DNA of 64,000 bases. Source: an uncultured Armatimonadetes bacterium (lineage in GTDB: Bacteria > Armatimonadota > Hebobacteria > Hebobacterales > Hebobacteraceae). Below are positions 21,313 through 31,760 of this stretch, in pieces. The stretch is taken from assembly GCA_963716175.1 (NCBI GenBank), contig OY970296.1, forward strand, positions 1,920,001 through 1,984,000. Direction: 5' to 3'. The notes under the pieces were generated by a model, which was not told the origin of the DNA, did not search any database, and worked only from the letters and a program-made list of their open reading frames with translations. The position numbers and the translations under genes are program-made. The number at the start of each line of letters is the position of its first letter. Position 1 is the stretch's first letter.

Positions 21313-21569
21313 TTCCCCTCCCCCAGTCCATCTGGCATTGCCAGCATTGCCGATGATTCATGGCGCCGCCTGCGAGTCCCTTCTCAGCGAGTAGTGAGGA
21401 GAGCCGCTCCACCAGCCTAGAGCAGGACCGTCCAGAGGCCCCTTGGCGCCCAAGAACTCGCATGTGCGTGACCGGCAGGCGAACACGCGCTGAGTCACGG
21501 CCTGATGACGAGTCATGGTGATGCAGAGGACCAACAGGCCGTCGCCGCCTCTGCCCAAGCCAGGCCGCC

Positions 21570-21733
21570 AACGGCCCCGTGCACCCCCCGACTCCGGCTA
21601 CCCCCTCGGCGTGGAGTCACGGCCCGGGGCTCAGTCGTGGGTCGTCGTGCGACGGCGCGTCCCGGACACGCGGGCCGCAGCATTCCGGTTGGCGGCGTGA
21701 TGTCAGGCCGGCTTCGAGGGCGCCCGACACGGA
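21570..21733 (+). repeat. Array repeat R7 (full length)
   Basis: Core plus distal arm. Confidence 0.9.
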
Positions 21734-21768
21734 CACGTGGAGGCAGACGGCTCTCTGGACACTACGAA

Positions 21769-23798
21769 TCACTCGCTCTCAAGCGTCAAGAAGACGACGG
21801 AGTGTGCGGGGATCGTGCACGTTACGCGGGGACCTGCCAGCGTGACCGGCAGCTCTGTGATCGCGTCCTCCTTGCGCTGGAGCAGGGGCTTGCCGTCGAG
21901 GTCGTCGTTGCTCAGGAGGATGCCAGTGGCGCGGGCGGCGTCGAAGGTGCGCACGTTGAGGATGCAGGGCACGGCGCGATCCCAGGAGCCGTTGGCGACG
22001 ACGAGGTAGAGCGACTTCCTGTCCTGGCGGAGGGTGACCAGCGCGGGGGTCATGGGCCCGGCATAGTCGGTGGGCCTGTCGGAGAGGCCGTCGGCCGCGG
22101 ATGGGGTGTAGTATGGTGCCACGCCATCCATGTCGAGGGCCCACTCGCCGAGATGGCGGTTAAAGTAGTAGTAAAGCCAGTAGAGCATGAAGCGCTTGTC
22201 GGGCGCGTCTGGAGAGAGGATGCCGAAGCCCTGCTCTTTGCTCCTGGAGAGCATCTCCCAACCGCTCGCGCCACGCAGGATGTGCTCGCGGGCGTAGTAG
22301 ATGAGGCGCACGGCGCGGTGGAGAGTGCCGACGATGTTCGCGTTCCGATCGAACGCGTCCGCGACCTCGCCGTACGGGCCGGAGCTGATCATGCCCCACT
22401 CAGTGTCGTACTGGTAGACATCTCGACCTGGGTTGTAGGCGCGGATGAGAGCGTTGGTGCGCAGGATCAGGTCGAGCTTCTGGTAGTTCGCGGCGAGCAC
22501 GGGCACCTCGAGCGCGCGCTCTTGCAGCCGGTCGATACCGGAGTAGTAGTGGCCCACGACGAAGTCGTAGTGACCGGCGCACTGCTTCAGCACCGCGTTG
22601 CCCCAGGCCTGGCTCTCGGGGTCGACGGCGAGGCCGATCTGGGCAGAGGGCTGCACGGCGCGGATGGCGCGGCTGACCTCGATGAAGTGGTCGATGTAAG
22701 ACTGCGGGGTCGGGAAGGCCGTGCCCTCCCTCATCAGGTAGGGCTCGTTGGCGATCTCCCAGTAGCGGAAGCCGTAGCCCATGTTCACGGAGTGGCGGAC
22801 GCCTCGCGCCCACCGCTCGGGCGGGAGCTTACTGGTCGCGCCCTGGGTCTCGAACTCGAGCACGACGTGGTCCAGAGGCACGCCGACGCGGCGGCAGACT
22901 TCGGCGGCTCTGTCGATGGACTCCTCGACCGGGAACGGCTCATCGCCGACGGCGTAGAAGCGAGTCATGGGGAGGTGGAGGTCGCGGATCGCCTGCTCCA
23001 GCTCGGGCGCGAGGGTGTAGTCCCCCTTCTTGTCGTACGGCTGGCCGGTCCATCCGCAGACGCGGTGGAATGAGATGCCGCCGGCATCCTGGGTGGCGTG
23101 ACGCAGGGGCTTGCCAGCATCCACCGTGATTTCCAGGATGTCGCCGGGGCGCAATCGGTGCTGGAGCGGCGGGTACTTCAGTGCGGACTCATCTGCGAGG
23201 CGATCCTTCCGTGTGCTGGGCTCTTCGGTGACGACGATGTCGTCAACCCAGAGGGTGCGCTCGGCCCGTTGGTCGCGCGTGGCGTAGAACGCGAGCAAGA
23301 GATAGCGGCTCCGGTCGGCGAAGAAGTCCCAGCCCTCATGGAGGGTGAATCGGAAATGCTTCCATCGCTCATCTGCGGCGATGACGAAGTGGCCGGGGAC
23401 GCCGCGTCGATGAACGGGTGGATACTGGAGTAGGCCTCGAGACCGAAGTCCGACATCCCAGGCTGGTCCGCTCTGGCCCAGAAGGAAACAGTGTACATCA
23501 TGCTCCTGCGGGGGCGGATGGCGTGCTCGGGTGATGAGACGGTGTAGCCCTTGGTGCCAGCGGGATGATGGATGCGGAAGCAGGCCCTGCCGCGGTGGGG
23601 GTTGACGGTATCGAGGGTGTAGTTGCCCGGGATCTTGTACTGCCTCGCGCCCCACATGGCCCAGCCCAGCGGCGGCGCTTCCGGGGATGGGATCTCGAAA
23701 TCACCATTGTAGACGAGGTTCTGCGCGCAGTGGGCGGAGGTCCCGAGAACGAGGAGCAACAGACTAGCTGCCACAGCAGCAATGAGTCTCGAGTGCAT
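21769..23798 (-). CDS. Secreted CBM + GH51/GH39-like glycoside hydrolase (frameshift near 23400)
   Basis: Signal peptide + NLVYNGDFE CBM in one frame, continuing in another with YWEIANEP, DTEW and TIPAHSVVFL. Confidence 0.75.
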
Positions 23799-23819
23799 GG
23801 CTTCCCTCTACCGGGTCAC

Positions 23820-24010
23820 GTTTCGGTGCGGGGCCCCGTCATCCTTGGCGTGGGAGGGCCCGCCGCGCGAGCCGCGGTCATGGGCCTTGATGCCGGACTC
23901 CATCGCCGGGGCGCCGGCCTCGTGAGCACCCACGTCCAGGGCCTTCCCGGAGAAGTCATCATTGAAGCTGGGAATCCGGACACCGGCGTCGTAGCCGGGG
24001 CTGCCGCGGG
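23820..24010 (-). pseudogene. Orphan C-terminal fragment of a beta-helix-type secreted protein
   Basis: LARGSPGYDAGVRIPSFNDDFSGKALDVGAHE matches the L..GSP..DAG...D.GA.E tail. Confidence 0.5.
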
Positions 24011-24217
24011 CTAGCCAGAACCGGCCTGGGCCATTCCCGGAGTCACTGCCGGGCTTACGCTTGATGCCGCGGACTCCCTGGGCGCCGGAGGCCCTGATGT
24101 CGCCGCTGAGGAGGTCATAGTCCAAGTCATTGGCGAGGCTGGTGGTTCTATCGCCGATGCCCGGCACGCGACGTCCACCCGCGAGCCGATGCCACAGCGC
24201 CGCTTGACACAAAGGAG

Positions 24218-24245
24218 TTGACCCAAGGTCGATCTGGTGTAGAAT
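24218..24245 (+). promoter_or_regulatory. sigma70-like promoter
   Basis: TTGACC-16 bp-TAGAAT upstream of the 24367 CDS. Confidence 0.5.
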
Positions 24246-24366
24246 GAGACATGAAGGCGGTGGGGGGGCAGCCTGGCCGAGTCGGGCCCGAAAGGAGGTG
24301 GAGGCAGATAGCGGATGGCGCTATGGTCTGGGTACTGTGCCAACCTTCCTAAGGAGGTGTACGAGC

Positions 24367-25368
24367 ATGTTGTCTCGACCACGACGAGGTTTCACCCTGA
24401 TCGAGCTGCTGGTGGTGATCGCAATCATCGCGATCCTCGCCGCAATGCTGTTCCCGGTGTTTGCACGGGCGCGGGAATCGGCCCGCAAGATCCAATGCCT
24501 GTCGAACGTCAAGAACATCGCCATGGCATTTCAGATGTATTTCGTGGACTATGACAGGTACCCGCCGAGGGAACATGACCCGGCTGTGGTGCAGTTCTTC
24601 GCCGACAACGGCTGCGATATGACCCCTGGGTGCTGTACCTACGCCACTGGGTCGAACCCCTATCTGAGGTGGCCGGTCATCATTGACGAGTACGTCAAGA
24701 ACCGCGATGTCTGGAGATGTCCGAGTGCGCGGAACGTATCGTCGGTGCAGCGCGTATGGGGACAGGCGAACTGGTTCCAGGAGCTGAAGGATAACTGGCC
24801 TACTTGCGTCTGCCAGGAAGCATGGCCTCCCGGCTGGGGCGGCACTGTTACCGACAATCTGGCGTTGGTAGACGGCTGCCCAGGTGAGCATGCGACCGTC
24901 GACCAAGGGGCGGTCGAGATGGACTATTCGGACACTCACATAGTCTATGGCGAAGTAGAGAAGAAACTCTCGGCCATCGATGATCCGGCCAAGACCCTCA
25001 TCATTGCCGAGCGGGGCCTCAAGCCGTACTACGACCGCATCGAGCAGGTCGCCTATCCTGAGGCCTGCCGCATCTGCTGGGGCAGCGTGATTGAGAACCC
25101 TGACAACTGCGGCGGAGACTGGGTGAACTGTTCCGAGACTATAGTCTGCGGTGTAGACAAGCACGACATAGACAAGTTCTGGGGCGACCCCTCGTGGCGC
25201 AGCAAGTATACGCGCCACATGGGCGGCAACAACCTCGGTTTCACCGATGGCCACGCCGCCTGGTGGAACGCGAATGCGATACTCGCCGCGGCCAACGCCA
25301 ACCCCAGCCAGCTTCCTCCCATGGGCGCCCAGCATGTGCCCGACTACATACCTGGCGAGCACTGGTAG
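24367..25368 (+). CDS. Prepilin-type N-terminal cleavage/methylation protein with H-X9-DG motif (DUF1559-like)
   Basis: AAGGAGG RBS; GFTLIELLVVIAIIAILAAMLFPVFARARE; RHMGGNNLGFTDGH. Confidence 0.92.
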   Translation: MLSRPRRGFTLIELLVVIAIIAILAAMLFPVFARARESARKIQCLSNVKNIAMAFQMYFVDYDRYPPREHDPAVVQFFADNGCDMTPGCCTYATGSNPYLRWPVIIDEYVKNRDVWRCPSARNVSSVQRVWGQANWFQELKDNWPTCVCQEAWPPGWGGTVTDNLALVDGCPGEHATVDQGAVEMDYSDTHIVYGEVEKKLSAIDDPAKTLIIAERGLKPYYDRIEQVAYPEACRICWGSVIENPDNCGGDWVNCSETIVCGVDKHDIDKFWGDPSWRSKYTRHMGGNNLGFTDGHAAWWNANAILAAANANPSQLPPMGAQHVPDYIPGEHW

Positions 25369-25715
25369 GCCACTATACAGCACCCATAGTGGCTGGTCGA
25401 TCGTGCGGGCGGGGTCTTCGTTGAGACGACTCCGCCCGCACTTCGCTCCAGAGGCCTGGCTTCCCCCTATAGGCTATCGCACATTGAAGCAATGTGCGAT
25501 AGTTCGCTAGCAGGTGTCGTGTGCCTCTGAGAGTTCCGCCGGGTTAGTTCTCTCGGCGAAGCTCTGTAGATGCGACCAGAACTCACCACCTCCTGTAAAC
25601 CAGAAACCAAGTCTCGTCCACAGCTGCAGAGAGTGTCTGATCCCAGGTCAGTCTCCCCCCACCACAGTCCCGTTCCGGCAGGACCGCCGTCCACCCCGCC
25701 GAAGCATCCCGTGCG

Positions 25716-25877
25716 GTCGCCCCAGGCACCCCAAACTCCGGCTACCCCCTCGGCTGGGGGTCACTGGGCGGGTTCTGTCGCGGATCATCGGGCTGCCGAC
25801 CTTTCCCGCGCACGCGGATCACCGCTTTCCGCTTGGCAGAGTGACGTCGGACCAGCTCCACGAGTCCGCGACAGGGG
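25716..25877 (+). repeat. Array repeat R8 (full length, diverged)
   Basis: Core plus a degenerate distal arm ending GACAGGGG. Confidence 0.85.
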
Positions 25878-26000
25878 CTGGCGCGCTCAGGTCCCGAAGC
25901 GCCCCGTCACCGCTGGTGAGCCCGTCCTGCGTGTGCTATCATCCAGTTCGGCCAACGAGTTGCATGACTGAGGCCACGTGTCTGGAGAGGGTAAGGCGAA

Positions 26001-27095
26001 GTGCACCAGCCACTGCTGGACGTAAGGATCATAAGGGCAGGAGCCGTCTTCTTCACAGCACTTGTCGTGCTGGCGACGGCTGTGGCGGCTGGGGAGCAGG
26101 TTGACTGGCGGCGGGCCGTCCACGCGTTCGAGGGAAGAGACCTGGGCCAGATCCAGGAGCTCCGCCCGGGGTCTGTCGAGCACCTCTCCCCCGATCAGCG
26201 GAATGCCATCGCGCTGGCGGCCGCCAGGTCCCTGAGTATCGCCGACTACATAGATGCGATCGGGGAAAGCAGGCTCTGGGAGCACTTCACCACACCTCCG
26301 GCCGAGGATTCCCCACGCGAGGCCGAGTGTCGCAGACAGTGGGGAATCAACATGGCCGCCGCCGAGCTCTTGCGACACCTGGCCGAGAAACGGTTGATCA
26401 ATGACCCACGGGTGCTGCCCTATCTGATCGAGGCCCTGGACCATCCCGACCGGTTCTCCGTGGGCCAGAAGTGCTTCTATGCCCTCACCTACCTGACACG
26501 GCATACGTCGGGGGAGGTCTACTGGGCACGACTTGTCGAGGACGAGAGGCGGCACAAGGAGGTAGTTCTGTGGTGGCAGGGCTGGTGGAGTAAGAACAAG
26601 GGCAGACACCCGGTATTCGATGCCGAGGCGGAGCGACGAGCCCGAGCTGAGGTCATCCGCGTGACCCGGCAGATCGAGACGGAGGCGAAGCCTCATCGTG
26701 CTGAGTTGTCGCTGTTCTCGCTCCCCAAGAATGTGGTGCTGCGCTGGTCTCGCCTCTTATTCGAGATCGAGTATAACCCGCGGCTCTGGTCTTTGGCTCC
26801 TCCGCTGACCGTGGATCGCGACAGCTTGCCGTGGATTCATATCTCCTGCCGGTTCCAGAGCGAAGACCTCCCCGCGGAGGCCGCATGGGCGGCGAAGGAG
26901 ACCCCCACTCCCCCCGGGGAACTCAGAGGACATGTGAGGGCGGTGTACTTCCGGGCTCTTGAGGGGACGGATATCGTGGTCGAGGTGCTTGCGGCGTCAA
27001 AGGACGAAGAGTTGATTGCCGCATTGCGCGGGGCACTGGGCGCCAGACGAAGCGTGGCACCACATGTTTCACGGGCTGACAGACCACGTCGCTGA
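26001..27095 (+). CDS. Secreted hypothetical protein (HEAT-like segment)
   Basis: Hydrophobic N-terminus; DPRVLPYLIEALDH; start uncertain. Confidence 0.6.
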   Translation: MHQPLLDVRIIRAGAVFFTALVVLATAVAAGEQVDWRRAVHAFEGRDLGQIQELRPGSVEHLSPDQRNAIALAAARSLSIADYIDAIGESRLWEHFTTPPAEDSPREAECRRQWGINMAAAELLRHLAEKRLINDPRVLPYLIEALDHPDRFSVGQKCFYALTYLTRHTSGEVYWARLVEDERRHKEVVLWWQGWWSKNKGRHPVFDAEAERRARAEVIRVTRQIETEAKPHRAELSLFSLPKNVVLRWSRLLFEIEYNPRLWSLAPPLTVDRDSLPWIHISCRFQSEDLPAEAAWAAKETPTPPGELRGHVRAVYFRALEGTDIVVEVLAASKDEELIAALRGALGARRSVAPHVSRADRPRR

Positions 27096-27388
27096 CTTGA
27101 CGTGTCGTGCCTCGCAGCCGTAACGCGATGTGTTCTCCTGGTCCGGCGCACGCACTCCTGAGAAAGCTCCGGGTGCCGACAGAAGCCGGCGTGGTCGGCG
27201 GCAGGACGAAGATTGGCCGCATCACTGCTTAGTTGCTGGCTGAGCGATGGGTGACGTGCAGTGCCGGCCGCTCATCACCCACTGCTTCCCACGCGACCGG
27301 TCAGTGGAGGGATACGCTACCACTGAGCGCAGAGCGGAGACGGGCCCCGCAAAGTGTTGCTTTGCCCTTGACCGCGAGTGGGCACAGC

Positions 27389-27475
27389 GTCAACCTCCCG
27401 CGCCATGGCCCTCGGGCGCACCCCCGACTCCGGCTGCCCCCTCGGCCGGGAGTCACTGCGCGGCGTTCCGTCGCG
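27389..27475 (+). repeat. Array repeat R9 (degenerate inverted left arm + core)
   Basis: GTCAACC...GCACCCCCGACTCCGGCTGCCCCCTCGGCCGGGAGTCA. Confidence 0.85.
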
Positions 27476-27822
27476 CTTGGGCACAGCAGCCGCGCCACGG
27501 TGGCGATCACCGGCAGCCCAACCCAGTCCCATCTCCGCGCGGTATCCCCGCCGCCCATCCTCGGCGCCTCTCAGCGCAGGGGTATGCACGAAGGGAGAGA
27601 ATACCACGGGAGGGGATGCTGGAGCTTCCTGGAAGGCAGATGAGTTCTTGGACAGCGCGGGGTGTGACTGGCACATGGTCGCAGAGGAGTCAGGGACGTC
27701 CGGAGGGTAACTTCGCAGATCGGTGTGTCTGTGTCACTACTGCTGACGCTGAGCAACTGACCGTGAATGGTATCTCCTATCGGGGTGGGTCAACCCGGCC
27801 GCGAGATAAGGATGCGCCTTCA

Positions 27823-28857
27823 GTGAGACGGCTAAGGCGCAATGCACCTGCGCTCACGCTCTTCTTGCTGGCACCGGCCACAGCAGAGCTCCTCACGGGC
27901 TCTATGCCGCCGGTGGAGTTCTTCAACCCGTTCACCTTCGTCATCATCGCAGCGCTTTACGGGAGCGGCGCGCTCCTCATGCGCGATGCCGTCAGGGGGT
28001 GGCGAAAGGGATACCTCAGCCTTCTCTGCTTGGGTGTCGCCTACGGCATCTTCGAAGAGGGCCTATTCTGCAAGACCTTCTTCGATCCCAACCGGTCCGA
28101 TCTAGGTCCCCTCGGCGGCTACGGCCGCTGGTTGGGCACGAACTGGGTGTGGGCGATCTGGCTGATGCTGTACCACGCGGTGATAAGCATCTCGATTCCC
28201 GTCCTCCTGGTGGAGGTCGCGTTCCCATCGCGAAGGACTGACCGGTGGGTGGCCGGCGTGTGGCGCGTCGTGCTCCTGGTCATCCTGGCGTTGGAAGCTC
28301 TGCTGGGCTACTACCGGCTCTCGGCATTCCGTCCGCCGGTGCCGCACTCCCTGGTCACGGGGGCGCTCGTGGTTGCCCTCATATTGGTGGCAGGACGCCT
28401 CCCGGCACGGGTCGGCAGGATTGGCGCTGCCCTGCAGAGAGCGCGACCGTGCTTCCTATGGAGCACCGGCTTCCTGTGGATGCTGCTGTCAGCCATCACT
28501 TTCTACGGACTGCCGGAGACCCCGATCCCTCCCGCTGTCACAGCCCTCATCGGGCTGACCATCACCGGAGCCGCCGGGTGGCTGGTGCTGCGATTGTCCG
28601 GCAACATGGCGGGTTGGGACGATCGAGGCCGCTTCCTGCTCGGGGCGGGCGTGCTTTCGTTCTGGATCATCCTGGGACCGCTATGGGAGGTAGCCCGGCT
28701 CGCACCCAACGATCCGCGAGGGATGACGCTGGTGGCAGTGGCTGCGCTTCTCCTTCTCCTCTGGCAGGGCCGTCGCGTCTACCACCGGGCCGCTGAGCTG
28801 CCTGGAGAATCCCCTGTATCAGACGTAGTGCCTTCGGAAAGAGGCCGGGGTAGCTGA
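27823..28857 (+). CDS. Conserved multi-pass membrane protein
   Basis: LLAPATAELLTGS, YGIFEEGL, YHAVISISIP; about 9 TM segments. Confidence 0.75.
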   Translation: MRRLRRNAPALTLFLLAPATAELLTGSMPPVEFFNPFTFVIIAALYGSGALLMRDAVRGWRKGYLSLLCLGVAYGIFEEGLFCKTFFDPNRSDLGPLGGYGRWLGTNWVWAIWLMLYHAVISISIPVLLVEVAFPSRRTDRWVAGVWRVVLLVILALEALLGYYRLSAFRPPVPHSLVTGALVVALILVAGRLPARVGRIGAALQRARPCFLWSTGFLWMLLSAITFYGLPETPIPPAVTALIGLTITGAAGWLVLRLSGNMAGWDDRGRFLLGAGVLSFWIILGPLWEVARLAPNDPRGMTLVAVAALLLLLWQGRRVYHRAAELPGESPVSDVVPSERGRGS

Positions 28858-29150
28858 GGAAGGCAAGTCCGAGAGGGCTGTGACGCCGGGTGCGGCGGAC
28901 ATCGTGCCCATGCTAAGCAGGCCTGGGACACCGGTCTGGCAGCCCAGATGGCCTGCTCACCTGGCGGACCAGGGCGAGACGAAGGGATCGGCTCCGACGG
29001 CAGGTCCCAGAGAGGCGCTGCCAACGTGGCACCGACCGACGGTCACGGACCCCACCGCCCTCCGTCTGCTCCACTGCCTGACCTCGGCGTCGACGGCGAT
29101 CATTCGCACCTTAGAGGTGCATACCCCGACCCGAACCGGCTGTCGCTAGC

Positions 29151-29192
29151 AGGCCCCGGCAACCCCGACTCCGGCTACCCCCTCGGCTTGGA
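29151..29192 (+). repeat. Array repeat R10 (truncated core)
   Basis: GGCCCCGGCAACCCCGACTCCGGCTACCCCCTCGGCTTGGA. Confidence 0.85.
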
Positions 29193-29375
29193 CTTGTGCG
29201 GACCGGATACAGATGCAAGAGCAGCAGGGAAGCCCTGGGCTCAGCAGAAGCGAAGCCCCCGTCTGGGCACGGGTGACCGCGGCGTGTGGTCTGCCTTGGC
29301 ACGGGGTTCCGGCCCGGCATCAGGAGGGGCTTCCTCCCAGCAATCAGTGCTCAGGAGCATGAGGAGGGTGTACAG

Positions 29376-29867
29376 ATGAAAGGGCTACGTTCGGTCGCGT
29401 TGGTACTTGGGCTGGCCGCCGCTTTGGCGGCCCCGGCCCTGTCCGGTCAGCGGGGTGGTGGCGGCCGTCGGGGCGGAGGTGGTGGACAGGGCGGTAGCAT
29501 GAAGGCCCTGCTCGACCGCCTTGGGTTCACCGAGCAGGAGCTGGCCGCGGTGCAGAAGAGCATGGAGGCCAAGTCCAAGGCTCATCAGACACTCGAGGAC
29601 GAACTCGGTAAGTTGCGCGAGGTCGCTGGCAATGACAAGTCCACCGACCAGCAGCTCCGTGGGGCCATCGACAGCTACACCGAGGCCCTGGCGCGATACC
29701 GGGAGACAGTGCGGACCGAGGATCGCTCCCTCTCAGGCCGCCTCTCAGTAAGGAGCCGGGCGCGCTGCCTGGCAGCCGGGGCCCTTGACAACGGACTTGG
29801 CATGGGTGGCGGAGGGCGCGGCGGTGGAGGCGGAAGGCGTGGAGGTGGGGGCGGACGGCGGTCCTAG
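29376..29867 (+). CDS. Secreted Gly/Arg-rich helical protein (Spy/CpxP-like)
   Basis: GAGGAGG RBS, signal peptide, LGFTEQE helix, GGGRRGGG termini. Confidence 0.65.
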   Translation: MKGLRSVALVLGLAAALAAPALSGQRGGGGRRGGGGGQGGSMKALLDRLGFTEQELAAVQKSMEAKSKAHQTLEDELGKLREVAGNDKSTDQQLRGAIDSYTEALARYRETVRTEDRSLSGRLSVRSRARCLAAGALDNGLGMGGGGRGGGGGRRGGGGGRRS

Positions 29868-29986
29868 CCCGCTCCTCCAAGAGCCAGCCTGAAGGCGACT
29901 GCCGAGCCGACGGGGTGAACGACTGGAGAGCCGTGGCAGCCGGTCGCGGGCGCCAGCGGTTCTGCCCCCAGCGCCCGGTTGCCATT

Positions 29987-30070
29987 GTCAGCCGCCCGTG
30001 AAGCCGGCCCGAGAGCACCCCCGACTTCGGCTACCCCCGTGGCTGGAGTCAGTGGCCGGGACTCGCCGCG
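29987..30070 (+). repeat. Array repeat R11 (inverted left arm + core)
   Basis: GTCAGCCGCCCGTGAAGCCGGCCCGAG + core. Confidence 0.9.
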
Positions 30071-30168
30071 GATGACACGGCGATCTCCCCACTGCCCATC
30101 ACCGGCGTCGCCATTCGACTCTGTTCCCCACTTGGCATCTTCGCCATTTCCGAACCCTCGCGGCGGAA

Positions 30169-30264
30169 AGGATGTCGCACCGATGGGAGGGAAGCCAACC
30201 CCGAGGGTGCACAGGAACCGAGGTTAGGGGCTTCTTGGATGCCTCAGATCAGTTCTGGTACACT
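30169..30264 (+). promoter_or_regulatory. Conserved ~95-bp promoter-like module (copy 2)
   Basis: Matches the reverse complement of 11259-11353. Confidence 0.6.
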
Positions 30265-30384
30265 TTGGTCGAAATGGCCGCCGGACCCACAACATATGGC
30301 GCGAAACGGCCAGCGGTCCAGCCCAGATGTAGCCCCCGCGCAGCTCGTCCGCTCTGGCTTAGCAGTTACCCTGGCCGTGCGCCC

Positions 30385-30414
30385 TTGACGCCCGCCCCTC
30401 CCCCCTGCTACAAT
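30385..30414 (+). promoter_or_regulatory. sigma70-like promoter
   Basis: TTGACG-18 bp-TACAAT with TG extension. Confidence 0.55.
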
Positions 30415-30643
30415 CCGCTCGCTTCCACTCACGCGTAGGAAAAAGCCGCTCTAGATACCTTCAGAGCAGCCTCCGCGAGGCGGGCTAAGCCCCCTCGGGG
30501 TACCCCTCTTGCGCGTCCCCTCGTAATGCCCCCGAGTTCGCACCATTCTCCCGGCTTTGCCGCCTTTCGGCTCCTGCTCAGGCATTGGGCTCCCGTCTTC
30601 CCCCTGCCATCGCCTCCTCCGCAGCCGCCATTGGTGGCCTCTC

Positions 30644-31441
30644 ATGCTCATCACCAGCCGGGACAACGAAAGGATCAAGCGGATCCGGGGCTTGTTCGGC
30701 CGCAAGCACCGCGATCGCACGCGCCTCTTCCTGGTGGAGGGGATCCGGCACGTGGGCGAGGCCGTCGCCGCCGGCGCCCTCATCGAGTGCCTCTGCTACG
30801 CCCCCGACCTCCTCACCAGCGAGTTCGCCCACCGGCTGATCGCCGAGCAGGAGGCCCGCGGCGTGCCCTGCCACGCCGTCGCGCCCGGCGTCTTCGCCGC
30901 CCTGACGGTGAGGGAGAATCCGGCCGGCCTCCTCGCCGTGGTGCGGCAGTCCCCCTCCCGGCTGGACGACCTGCACCCGGAGGTCTTTCCCTGGGGGGTA
31001 GCCCTGGTCGCACCCCAGGATCCGGGCAATATCGGCGCCATCCTCCGCACCGTGGATGCGGTCGGCGCCAGCGGGCTGATCCTGCTGGACGCCAGCGCCG
31101 ACCCCTACCATCCCGGCGCGGTGCGCGCCAGCATGGGCGCGCTGTTCTCCCACCCGGTGGTGCGGGCCTCCTTCGGCGCCTTCGCCACCTGGGCGAAAGC
31201 AGGCGGCTATCGGATCTGGGGCACCTCCTCTCGCGCCGACCGGGATTACCGCGAGGTCGAGCGCTACTCGCGCCCCCTCCTCCTCCTCATGGGAAGCGAG
31301 CGGAAGGGGCTACTGCCGGAGCAGATGGCGCTCTGCGACGAAGTGGTGCGGATGCCGCTGCGGGGGCGGGTGACCTCCCTGAACCTCGCCATCGCCACCG
31401 GCGTCATGCTCTACCAGATGCTGGCGCGAGGTGAGGAATGA
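30644..31441 (+). CDS. TrmH/SpoU-family RNA 2'-O-methyltransferase
   Basis: ITSRDN, FLVEG, QDPGNIGAILRT, GSERKG, SLNLAIA. Confidence 0.93.
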   Translation: MLITSRDNERIKRIRGLFGRKHRDRTRLFLVEGIRHVGEAVAAGALIECLCYAPDLLTSEFAHRLIAEQEARGVPCHAVAPGVFAALTVRENPAGLLAVVRQSPSRLDDLHPEVFPWGVALVAPQDPGNIGAILRTVDAVGASGLILLDASADPYHPGAVRASMGALFSHPVVRASFGAFATWAKAGGYRIWGTSSRADRDYREVERYSRPLLLLMGSERKGLLPEQMALCDEVVRMPLRGRVTSLNLAIATGVMLYQMLARGEE

Positions 31442-31649
31442 TGGCGGCCCTCTTGCTCCTCCCTCCCAGGCCATCCTGGCGCCCCGGGCGGAGGCTCGTG
31501 AGGGCCTCCCGCCCGGTCCGCAGCCCGCCCCGCGGGAGCTGGTGGCCGCCACCTTTGTCGGCCCTTCGCGACCTTCCCCCTGGTGACGAAATGCTCTCGC
31601 CCCTGTAGAACGCGGTTGCTAGCCGAGCATCCTACCATGGGAGGGGAGT

Positions 31650-31760
31650 ATGGGCCACGGCGTTCCCCGCAGTTGGTCGGTGCTGTTGGTAGTGGTCGTT
31701 CTGGTGATGGCGATTCTGGCCGCGTCGCAGGCGCAGGCGGCGGTGAACCCCACTGTGGCT
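31650..31760 (+). pseudogene. Signal-peptide stub cut off by repeat R12
   Basis: GGAGGGGAG RBS, MGHG...LLVVVVLVMAILAASQAQA, then directly the repeat arm. Confidence 0.55.

Noticed and set aside
14555-23410. Programmed frameshift or phase variation in the enolase (~14570) and glycoside hydrolase (~23400) genes
   Set aside because: Small indels in C/G runs cannot be told from sequencing error or ordinary decay without reads.
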